Virus record (IMG/VR): IMGVR_UViG_2684623126_000004
Length of the DNA: 64,000 bases
Direction: 5' to 3' (one strand)
Origin: a virus
Taxonomy: Duplodnaviria > Caudoviricetes
Part shown: piece after piece, positions 53,617-61,432 of the stretch
How positions within the stretch are numbered: the first letter of the stretch is position 1
How the letters are laid out: the number at the start of each line of letters is the position of its first letter
The notes under the pieces: model-generated
What the model was told of the DNA's origin: nothing
Database searches by the model: none
Seen by the model: the letters and a program-made list of their open reading frames with translations, nothing else
Translations under genes and position numbers: made by a program

Positions 53617-54619
53617 GCAAATCCACTTGCCCAGACCTGCAAGACCTGCGTGAAAAACTGCTGGCACCGCGCGCCATCGTGCGCGATGAAAACGGCCACC
53701 TCACCCATCCCGATCTGCCCGCCTGCGACGAGGGCGTGCGCTACGACGACCTGCTGGCCGTGTTCGGCATCGAATCGGCCTTCGTCAGCATGGAATCCGA
53801 TGCACCCCACGACGTTTCGGAACGCTACTTCGATTCCGGCGACCCGGATTGCAGCTACTGGACGCCCACACCGCCCGACGGCGATGGCTGGATGCTGCTG
53901 GAAATCTACGACACCGAGGATGGCCCCTACGCCCTGTTCGGGCGCGCCATGCCCGACACCATGTACCCGCGCCGTGGCGGCAAGCCCTTCGACTTCTACG
54001 CGCACCTGGAGCGCCAGGCCGAGTTCTCGCGCAAGACCTTCGGGCCGGGCCGCCGCACCCAGGGCGTGATCGACCACATCAAGAAGGAACTGCGCGAAAT
54101 CGGCAGCAAGCCGGACGACATCGAAGAGTGGATCGACGTGGTGATTCTGGCCCTCGATGGCGCGCCGGCGCGTCGCCGAAAGTCATCATCCGCACGCTGG
54201 CTGCGAAGCAGGCCAAGAACGAGGCCCGCGACTGGCCGGACTGGCGTACCTCTGACCCCAACAAGGCCATCGAGCACAGCAAGCCGAAGAAGCGCCGCAT
54301 CTACATCAGCGGCCCGATGTCCGGCCTGCCGGAGCACAACTTCCCGGCCTTCCACGCCGAAGCCGCGCGCCTGCGCGACCTGGGCTACGACGCGGTGAAT
54401 CCCGCCGACCTCAACCCTGATCCCGGCAAGGGCTGGAAGGACTGCCTGCGGGTCGATTTGCTTGAACTGCTGGGCTGCGACGCCATCGCCATGTTGCCCG
54501 GCTGGCAGAAATCCGAGGGCGCCCATCTGGAAATGCACGTCGCCCACCGCGTCGGCATCGACATCTTGGACGCCACGGACATCCAGGCCCCGGCGGACGC
54601 CGTGGCTTTGGCCGCGTAG
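53613..54619 (+). pseudogene. Fusion of an unknown N-domain, DUF550 (dATP/dGTP pyrophosphohydrolase) and DUF4406 (NDT-like), frameshifted
   Basis: FSRKTFGPG..GVIDHIKKELREI..EWIDVVILALDGA is in one frame; RAGASP..KQAKNEARDWPDWR..IEH and IYISGPMSGLPEHNF..DAIAMLPGWQKSEGA are in another. The break at 54158-54164 fits loss of one TGGCGCG copy. Confidence 0.8.
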
Positions 54620-54655
54620 CCCGCTTCACCCACCAACCTGAAAGGAAATCCCGAA

Positions 54656-55009
54656 ATGTCGAAGCCGCTTAACGAAAACCTCGCATCCGTCCGCCTCGAA
54701 ACCGAGGACGGCGACCTGCTGCCCATCATGGACGTGGCGGGCGCGAAGTTCAGCGAACTCATCAACGCCGTCGCTTCGCACCAGAAGGCCGGCACGCTGA
54801 CGCTGAAGATTGCCGTCAAGCCCTCCACCGCCGGCGCGATGGCGGTCAAGGCGGACGTGAGCATCACCAAGCCCAAGGGCTTGCCGCCCGAATCGCTGCT
54901 CTGGGCGACGCCCGAAGGCAACCTCATTGGCGAAGACCCGCGCCAAACCAAGCTCGACCTCAAGGCCGTCGCACCCGACCCGGTGCGCGAGCTGAAGGCC
55001 GTCCAGTAA
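54656..55009 (+). CDS. Conserved phage protein (partner of DUF2303)
   Basis: KAGTLTLKIAVKP..TPEGNL..DPRQ pattern; AAAGGA SD. Confidence 0.7.
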   Translation: MSKPLNENLASVRLETEDGDLLPIMDVAGAKFSELINAVASHQKAGTLTLKIAVKPSTAGAMAVKADVSITKPKGLPPESLLWATPEGNLIGEDPRQTKLDLKAVAPDPVRELKAVQ

Positions 55010-55042
55010 TCCCACCACCCGCAACCAAGGAGCCTATTCCTC

Positions 55043-55873
55043 ATGGAACAAACCACCGACAACATCCAGACCGCGCTCGCCGCCGGCGCTGCCAGCGTGC
55101 AGCCCGTGACCAGCCACGGCGGCATCCCCTTCGTGGCCGTGCCCGACGGCTACAAAGTCCACGACCTGGAGAGCCTGTTGCCCGTGCCCACGCGCAAGCG
55201 CGCCGAGGTCACGATCACCGACACCGATAGCTTCATCCACTACACGAAGAAGCACGGCGTCACCGACACCACCACCATCTTCGCGGACATCGACGCCGAG
55301 GCCAGCCGCTTCAACCTGATCGGCGTTCTCAACGACCACGGCACCGACGCCGGTGCGGCCCAGTGGCGTGACCACCAGTGCAAGTTCCAGCCCGCGCAAG
55401 CCGTGGAATGGAAACGCTGGCTGTCCCGCAACAAGCAGCACTTCAGCCAGATCGACTTCGCCGCCTGGCTGGAAGAAAACCTGTCCGACATCGCCAGCGT
55501 GGCCGGTATGCCGTCCGGTGCCGACATCCTGAAGATGGCGCTGGGCTTCGAGGCCAACTCCGACAAGAAGCTGCGCAGCAAGGTCAATCTGCAAGACGGC
55601 GGCGTGCAGTTCGAGTTCGTCGATGATTCGACGCAGGAAACCCGGACGACCATGCAGGCGTTCGAGCGTTTCACCCTGGGCCTGCCGGTGTTCGACGGCA
55701 GCACCAGTGCCTACCCGCTGGAAGCGCGCCTGAAGTACCGGGAGAAGGACGGCAAGCTGACCTTCTGGTACGAGCTCATCCGCCCCGACCGCGTGTTCAA
55801 GACCGCCGTCACCGACGAGCTGGGCCGCATCAAGGAAGCGACCGGCTTCCCTGTCGTCTCCGGCAAGCCGTAA
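55043..55873 (+). CDS. DUF2303 (YfdQ-like) family protein
   Basis: SFIHY..LNDH..WRDH..FSQIDFAAWLEENLSDI..FTLGLPVF..ARLKYR motifs. Confidence 0.85.
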   Translation: MEQTTDNIQTALAAGAASVQPVTSHGGIPFVAVPDGYKVHDLESLLPVPTRKRAEVTITDTDSFIHYTKKHGVTDTTTIFADIDAEASRFNLIGVLNDHGTDAGAAQWRDHQCKFQPAQAVEWKRWLSRNKQHFSQIDFAAWLEENLSDIASVAGMPSGADILKMALGFEANSDKKLRSKVNLQDGGVQFEFVDDSTQETRTTMQAFERFTLGLPVFDGSTSAYPLEARLKYREKDGKLTFWYELIRPDRVFKTAVTDELGRIKEATGFPVVSGKP

Positions 55874-55924
55874 CCACCAGCGCCCCGCCTGGGCGCAAGC
55901 CTGGGCGGGAAAGGAGCCCCGCAC

Positions 55925-56182
55925 ATGGAACTCGCAACACTCAAGCAATTTGCCCTCTGGCTGTTCTGGCTGTTCGTCGTCGGCCTTGTTTTCTCATGGG
56001 TCATTTCCCTCACGCCCATCGGACGCGACGACACCGACAAGGGTTCATGGGGCGGTGGCCGCAGCGGCATCAAGCCCGTCACGGACGCGCTGACCGGATG
56101 CCAATACCTCGTTTCGCCGGGCGGCGGTATCACGCCGCGCCTTGACGCCGAGGGCAAGCACATCTGCGTCAAGGCGGAATAG
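55925..56182 (+). CDS. Membrane-anchored DUF6440-like protein
   Basis: TM helix followed by TDALTGCQYL..GGITPRLDAEGK. Confidence 0.65.
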   Translation: MELATLKQFALWLFWLFVVGLVFSWVISLTPIGRDDTDKGSWGGGRSGIKPVTDALTGCQYLVSPGGGITPRLDAEGKHICVKAE

Positions 56183-56185
56183 CTC

Positions 56186-56389
56186 ATGGCCTGCGCATTC
56201 GACCGTGGCGCGCACGACCTGCGCGAGGTGGGGCGACAGCCGTACAGCATGGCCCCCGATGCCTACACCGTCGTCCGGTGGTGCTCGAAGTGCGGCGCCG
56301 TCGTGATCGACACCGACCTGGACGGACGCACGATGCCGGGCGACATCCTGCCGATGCAGTTCCCCAGGATTGCAACCGAAAAACGATAG
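56186..56389 (+). CDS. Small Zn-ribbon protein
   Basis: H..CSKCG motif. Confidence 0.55.
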   Translation: MACAFDRGAHDLREVGRQPYSMAPDAYTVVRWCSKCGAVVIDTDLDGRTMPGDILPMQFPRIATEKR

Positions 56390-56399
56390 GGACACCCCA

Positions 56400-57179
56400 A
56401 TGGAACAGAACAAGCCCGCCTTCGCGCAACGCTGCGAAGCCCTCGCCAATGACGAGAAAGCCTGCCACGAAGCCTACAACAACCAGTACCACAAGGTGCG
56501 CGCCGAAGTCGGCTTCGACGACTGGCGCAGCGTGTGGCGCTTCCTGCTGATTTGCGCGCTGCCCACGCTGCTGAAGCCCGAAGGCGAGCAAGAACCCGGC
56601 GCGCCGGTGGCCTATCAGGGCATCGTCTCCGCCATCCGCGCCGTGGGCGACGAGGCCGCGCGACGCGGCGCGATGTTCCCGCAAACCCGCGACGAGCAGG
56701 AAGAGGACAAGCGCGCCGTGCGCCGCGTGGCGGAAATGATCGAGTGGTACGCGACCGCCGGCGGCGCCGTGGCCACTGGCCTGCCGGGCTGGCCGAAACA
56801 CCCGGCGCAGCCCAAGGAAAGCGACGAAATCGCGCGCCTGAAGCAAACCCTCAACGACCTGGGCAAGATCATCCACGACATGACAGTGGCCCAGCAGGCC
56901 GCATGGATTGAATGGCAGCACGGCAAGGGTGCCGAAGAAGCCATGAGCTGGATCCACAACGGCCTCGTCGGCCCCGGCTTCATCCCAGACGAAGACGAGC
57001 CCTACGGCAAGGAGGCGCAGGCGTACTTCGACGCCAACCGCTCCGGCCCGTTCCCCGCCTGCTACTGCGGCAGGCCGTCGAACAGCCTCTGGATGGGGCA
57101 GGGCTTCTGCTGCCGCGAGCACTACGACACGCGCCGCGCGCAGATCGAGGCCCAGCAGCAGGCCGGCAAAGAGGGCTGA
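56400..57179 (+). CDS. Hypothetical multi-domain accessory protein
   Basis: 259 aa; QQAAWIEWQHG..AMSWI..CYCG..CC. Confidence 0.6.
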   Translation: MEQNKPAFAQRCEALANDEKACHEAYNNQYHKVRAEVGFDDWRSVWRFLLICALPTLLKPEGEQEPGAPVAYQGIVSAIRAVGDEAARRGAMFPQTRDEQEEDKRAVRRVAEMIEWYATAGGAVATGLPGWPKHPAQPKESDEIARLKQTLNDLGKIIHDMTVAQQAAWIEWQHGKGAEEAMSWIHNGLVGPGFIPDEDEPYGKEAQAYFDANRSGPFPACYCGRPSNSLWMGQGFCCREHYDTRRAQIEAQQQAGKEG

Positions 57180-57181
57180 CC

Positions 57182-57565
57182 ATGAAGGCCCTCTCCATCC
57201 GCCAGCCTTGGGCATGGCTGATTGCAAACGGCTACAAGGACATCGAGAACAGGTCATGGCCGACGGGATACCGGGGGCAGTTCCTGATTCATGCCGCCAA
57301 GGGCATGACCCGCGCCGAGTACGAAGACGGGGCCGACCTGGCCGCGCAACTCGGAATCACGATTCCCCCTTTCGACAACTTGGAGCGCGGCGGCATCGTC
57401 GGGCGCGCAACCATCGTCGGATGCGTCGAAGACAGTCCTTCACCCTGGTTTTTCGGGAAGCATGGATTCGTCCTGAAGGATGCGGTGACGCTGCCGTTTC
57501 AGGCCGTGCGCGGGCACCTGGGGTTCTTCGACCCAACACAAGAACAGGAAGGGCCTCATGGCTGA
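57182..57565 (+). CDS. ASCH domain protein
   Basis: MKALSIRQPWAWLI..GYKDIENRSW..RG..LIHA..G.IVG..PWFFG..RGHLGFF. Confidence 0.9.
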   Translation: MKALSIRQPWAWLIANGYKDIENRSWPTGYRGQFLIHAAKGMTRAEYEDGADLAAQLGITIPPFDNLERGGIVGRATIVGCVEDSPSPWFFGKHGFVLKDAVTLPFQAVRGHLGFFDPTQEQEGPHG

Positions 57566-58532
57566 AAACTCGAAAATCGAATGGACGCACCACACGTTCA
57601 ACCCCTGGGAGGGCTGCCAGAAAGTCGGGCCTGGCTGCGATCACTGCTACGCTGAAACGCGCAATGCCCGCTTCGGTGGCGGCGTGGCGATCAACTGGGG
57701 GCCGGGCGCACCACGCCGCCGCACCAGTGCATCGAACTGGGCGCAGCCGGCGAAGTGGAACGCCACGGCGGCCCGTCTGGGCGTGCGCTACCGCGTCTTC
57801 TGCGCCTCGCTGGCCGACGTGTTCGACAACCAGGTGCCGGACGAATGGCGCCGCGACCTGGCTGCCCTCATCCTCGCCACGCCTCACCTGGACTGGCTGC
57901 TGCTGACCAAGCGCATCGGCAATGCCGACAAGATGCTGGCCGCCATGTTCCCCGAGGGCATCCCCGATAACGTCTGGGTGGGCGCGACCATCACCAGCCA
58001 GGAAGAAGCCGACCGCGACATTCCGAAGCTGCTGGCGCTGCCGGTAGCCGTGCGGTTCCTGTCGATGGAGCCCTTGCTGGGCCGCGTGGATCTTCGGTTC
58101 CACATCTTCAGCGAGCCGACGGGCAACTTCCGCACCCACGCGGGCAAGCGACAGATGGAGCTGCGCAAGCCTGCCGACGGCGGCCTGCACTGGGTCATCG
58201 TCGGTGGCGAGAGCGGTTCCGCCGATTCCCGCCCGATGAACCCCGACTGGGTGCGCGCGCTGCGCGAACAGTGCCGCGCCGGCGGCGTCGCCTTCCACTT
58301 CAAGCAATGGGGCGACTGGCGCCCACCTGAAGAGGACGAGGAATACGACACGTCGATGGGCCGCGCCCAGCGCGTGCCAGCGTTCATCGTCGCCGACGCC
58401 GGAACCGTGCATTGCTTCGAGAACGATAGCACGAAGGACGGCGGCGCGGTGATGCTGCGTGTCGGCAAATCGAAATCGGGCCGGACGCTGGACGGCCTGC
58501 TGCATGACGGATACCCGGAGATAGCTCAATGA
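57558..58532 (+). CDS. DUF5131 / Gp37-Gp68 family radical-SAM-like protein
   Basis: SKIEWTHHTFNPWEGCQKVGPGCDHCYA..LADVFD..LLLTKR..FLSMEPLL..WVIVGGESG..FHFKQWG. Confidence 0.9.
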   Translation: MAENSKIEWTHHTFNPWEGCQKVGPGCDHCYAETRNARFGGGVAINWGPGAPRRRTSASNWAQPAKWNATAARLGVRYRVFCASLADVFDNQVPDEWRRDLAALILATPHLDWLLLTKRIGNADKMLAAMFPEGIPDNVWVGATITSQEEADRDIPKLLALPVAVRFLSMEPLLGRVDLRFHIFSEPTGNFRTHAGKRQMELRKPADGGLHWVIVGGESGSADSRPMNPDWVRALREQCRAGGVAFHFKQWGDWRPPEEDEEYDTSMGRAQRVPAFIVADAGTVHCFENDSTKDGGAVMLRVGKSKSGRTLDGLLHDGYPEIAQ

Positions 58533-58906
58533 CCGACAAAGAAGTTTTCAAGTCCATGCGCGATGACATCGTGGAAGCGAAATCGCGCCTTGAGGTGCAA
58601 ACCAGCCAGCACGGCGTCGCCGCGCTGACCACCGCGCTCACGCAAGCCAACGCGGCCCTGCTGCTGGCGCTCACGGAGCCGACCGATGACGCGCCGGCGG
58701 GTGTCCTGCCGCCCGAAATCTCGCGCGAACTGCTGGGCCAGGTCGTGGATGAAGTCTTCGGCGGCGCCATCGAGGACGCCACCGTGATCGAGGACATCTA
58801 CCGGGTGATTGCGCGCAGCGTCGCCCCCCCCGCACGGGAGGGCTTGAACCATGACCCCCGGCAAGCTCAACAAGATCCTTCAGGGGCAAACGGCGCTGGC
58901 GCGTAA
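58529..58906 (+). CDS. Hypothetical protein
   Basis: 125-aa ORF coupled by ATGA overlap. Confidence 0.55.
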   Translation: MTDKEVFKSMRDDIVEAKSRLEVQTSQHGVAALTTALTQANAALLLALTEPTDDAPAGVLPPEISRELLGQVVDEVFGGAIEDATVIEDIYRVIARSVAPPAREGLNHDPRQAQQDPSGANGAGA

Positions 58907-59384
58907 GGTCTTCGAGGTCGTCCCCATCAAGGAAGCCTGGCCCGCGAGCCAAATTCGGCACTCCCTGAAGGAGGTCGAGCGCAGCAACGCCGACCTGCAT
59001 ACCGTGCGTGGCTGCCTGGCGACGCTGCGCGAAATCGGCCTCGTCCGCGAGCCCGAACCCGGCTGCTTCCAGCGCCACGCCATCAGAACGCCCCAGCCCA
59101 CCCCGAAGAAGGAAATCATCACCATGCACAAGACCGCCGTGGCGCCTCAAGCCGTCCAATCAGCAGCACCCGCCAGCGCCGCGCCGGCGAGCAAGTCTCC
59201 CCTCGAAATCCTGGGCAACCTGTCCAGCCAGATCACGGCGCTGGCCGACGACTTCAGCACCCGCCTGAAGCAACTGGCCGCCCAGGTCGAGGAAGCTGCG
59301 CTCACCATCGAGCAGGAACAGGAAGGAAACGCCCAGAGCCTTGAAAAGTTGAAGCAGCTCCAATCCATCCTGAAGAGCCTGTAG
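58851..59384 (+). CDS. Conserved phage protein (wHTH-like N-terminus, coiled coil)
   Basis: GQTALARKVFEVVPI..GCLATLREIGLVRE. Confidence 0.65.
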   Translation: MTPGKLNKILQGQTALARKVFEVVPIKEAWPASQIRHSLKEVERSNADLHTVRGCLATLREIGLVREPEPGCFQRHAIRTPQPTPKKEIITMHKTAVAPQAVQSAAPASAAPASKSPLEILGNLSSQITALADDFSTRLKQLAAQVEEAALTIEQEQEGNAQSLEKLKQLQSILKSL

Positions 59385-59397
59385 GGGGACGCCGACC

Positions 59398-59703
59398 ATG
59401 AGCAGCCACTACGAATGGGCCAAGGAAGTCACCGCCCGGCACGACGCCAAAAAGCCATTCGCCCCGGAGAACGGCCAGCCCTTGCAGTTCAAGGCTGGCG
59501 ACCCAGTGATCTACACGAACCCGGCAGGCATCGAATTCGCCCTGCGCGTGACCGGCTTCTATGAGCGCCCGGCGTCGCCGGATGGCATGTACGCCAATGG
59601 CGCGCGCTATCTGCTGGACTGGGACTGCCCTTGGTTCCCCGTGGCGGAATCGTGCTTGCGCCTGGACGAATCCCGCACCGAGCGGGAGGCGCGTCATGGG
59701 TGA
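59398..59703 (+). CDS. Hypothetical protein (SH3-like barrel)
   Basis: FKAGDPVIYTN..VTGF..YLLDWDCPWFPV. Confidence 0.6.
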   Translation: MSSHYEWAKEVTARHDAKKPFAPENGQPLQFKAGDPVIYTNPAGIEFALRVTGFYERPASPDGMYANGARYLLDWDCPWFPVAESCLRLDESRTEREARHG

Positions 59704-60007
59704 CATGGGCGACTACTGGCGGGACGTGCGACCCGCCATGCAGGAAGAAAGCCGGCAAAAGCGGGCGAGCAACCGCGAATCGTCGGCCAAGATGCTTGCC
59801 GCCGCCGGCATCGCCTTCGAGGCGAAGAACGAGGGCGCGCACCTCATCGTGATGGCGAACGGGCGCACGGTTGATTTTTGGCCCGGCACCGGCCTCTGGA
59901 TAGAGCGCGGCACGTCGAGGCAGAAGCGCGGCGTGCGCCGCCTGATTGCCGAACTGAAGAACAGCGCGCGAACTGCGCCACAACATCAACCCCATTCCAA
60001 GGAGTAA
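59696..60007 (+). CDS. Conserved phage hypothetical protein
   Basis: MGDMGDYWRD..GAHLIV..VDFWPGTGLW. Confidence 0.65.
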   Translation: MGDMGDYWRDVRPAMQEESRQKRASNRESSAKMLAAAGIAFEAKNEGAHLIVMANGRTVDFWPGTGLWIERGTSRQKRGVRRLIAELKNSARTAPQHQPHSKE

Positions 60008-60014
60008 CTCCACC

Positions 60015-60380
60015 ATGCCTATCCTGCGTTTCGAGGGCTACAGCGACGACACCTTCGGCGAAGTCCAGCACTTCAAGGACGACTACGACAACTGCGCCAG
60101 CGGCAAGCCGATTGAATACCTCGTGCTTGGCCCGGCCATCGACGGCCAGCCCCAACTTGGCATCATCGTGACCGGCCAGCACTGCCCCGGCAACAGCGGT
60201 AGCTGGCTGATCGGCGTCGCCAACCACGACCCGGACAGCGAAGACCGCGACTTCCCGCGCTGGCCCATGCGCATCGAGGCGCAGGACTACCGCAACGGGT
60301 TCCAGCCGTCCCTTGTCATCGAAGCGCCCGACGGCGTGACGATCAAGTGCCTGCAACGCTCCGGCGACGACGAGGACTGA
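60015..60380 (+). CDS. Hypothetical protein
   Basis: LRFEGYSDDTF motif; AAGGAG SD. Confidence 0.65.
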   Translation: MPILRFEGYSDDTFGEVQHFKDDYDNCASGKPIEYLVLGPAIDGQPQLGIIVTGQHCPGNSGSWLIGVANHDPDSEDRDFPRWPMRIEAQDYRNGFQPSLVIEAPDGVTIKCLQRSGDDED

Positions 60381-60384
60381 TGCC

Positions 60385-60561
60385 ATGAGCGCCCACGACG
60401 AGCACCAGCAGATGGTGAAGGACTGCATCGACCGCGAGGCCAAGCTGACCGACTGGGAGCGCAGCTTCATCGACAGCATCGAGCGCCAGCTCGCGCAGGA
60501 TCGCGCTCTTTCCCAGAAGCAGGCGGACACGCTGGATTCCATCTGGGAGCGCGTGACGTGA
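60385..60561 (+). CDS. 58-aa hypothetical protein (not in the ORF track)
   Basis: MSAHDEHQQMVKDCIDREAKLTDWERSFIDSI..LSQKQ..LDSIWERVT; stop overlaps the next start. Confidence 0.6.
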   Translation: MSAHDEHQQMVKDCIDREAKLTDWERSFIDSIERQLAQDRALSQKQADTLDSIWERVT

Positions 60562-60791
60562 GCGAGTACCAGCCGCTTTCATCGGTGCGCGACCTGGACG
60601 TGCTGGACGAGGACGACTGTATGGCGGGCTATCTCGCCGGCCTGGACGGCCTGCCCGAACCCGGCAGCGACAAGAGCAAGTCCTACTGGCACGGCTGGCG
60701 CAACGGGATGATGGACAAGGGGCGGCTCCCCATCGACGGCGCTGCCCGCAACCTGGCCCATGAGTTCGTGCGCAGGCAGCGCGCGCACTGA
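60558..60791 (+). CDS. Rmf-like small protein
   Basis: GYLAGLDG..YWHGWRNG resembles the ribosome modulation factor core GY.AG..G...W..GW. Confidence 0.45.
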   Translation: MSEYQPLSSVRDLDVLDEDDCMAGYLAGLDGLPEPGSDKSKSYWHGWRNGMMDKGRLPIDGAARNLAHEFVRRQRAH

Positions 60792-60818
60792 CGGCCACAG
60801 AATGAGAGAAGGAACAGC

Positions 60819-61322
60819 ATGGCTTCAGTCAATAAAGTAATCCTCGTCGGCAACCTTGGAGCCGACCCCGAAACCCGCTACATGCCGAACGGCGACGCCG
60901 TGACAAACGTCCGCCTGGCGACGACCGATAGCTGGAAGGACAAGGCCAGCGGCGAGAAGAAGGAAATCACGGAATGGCATCGCGTGGTGTTCTACCGCCG
61001 CCTCGCCGAAATCGCCGGCGAATACCTGCGCAAGGGCTCGTCGGTGTATGTCGAGGGCCGCATCCGCACGCGCAAGTGGCAGGACAAGGACGGCCAAGAC
61101 CGCTACACGACCGAGATCGAGGCCACGGAAATGCAGATGCTGGGCCAGCGTGGCGGTGGCGACGGTGGCAGCCAGCAGTATGGCGGCGAATCGTCGGCCC
61201 AGCCTTCGCGCCAGCAGCAGCGTTCCGCGCCCGCGCGCGGTGCCCCGGCCTCTAAGCCAGCTCCACCGCCGTCCGGTGGCGGTGGCTTCGCCGACATGGA
61301 TGACGACATCCCTTTTGATTGA
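60819..61322 (+). CDS. ssb: Single-stranded DNA-binding protein
   Basis: [38 protein letters not shown]..acidic DDDIPF tail. Confidence 0.95.
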   Translation: MASVNKVILVGNLGADPETRYMPNGDAVTNVRLATTDSWKDKASGEKKEITEWHRVVFYRRLAEIAGEYLRKGSSVYVEGRIRTRKWQDKDGQDRYTTEIEATEMQMLGQRGGGDGGSQQYGGESSAQPSRQQQRSAPARGAPASKPAPPPSGGGGFADMDDDIPFD

Positions 61323-61389
61323 GCAGCGCACGACTGCTTCATCAACGTGCAGGCCCCGACGAGGGCCTACCCAACACCATCACCTACAA

Positions 61390-61416
61390 GGGGCGCCGCG
61401 AGCGCCCCAATTTTTT
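61390..61416 (+). terminator. Intrinsic terminator after ssb
   Basis: GGGGCGC-CGCGA-GCGCCCC-AA-TTTTTT. Confidence 0.65.
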
Positions 61417-61432
61417 GCAAGGAGCCCGCCAG

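Noticed and set aside
41506-54164. General prophage decay as the explanation for the three frameshifts
   Set aside because: All lesions are at slippage-prone repeats in accessory genes, while the structural, lysis, replication and immunity genes seen are intact. Sequencing error is still not excluded.
61319-61432. N-terminal extension of the C5 MTase in the ORF track
   Set aside because: It spans a terminator hairpin; ATG 61433 has a strong AAGGAG SD.
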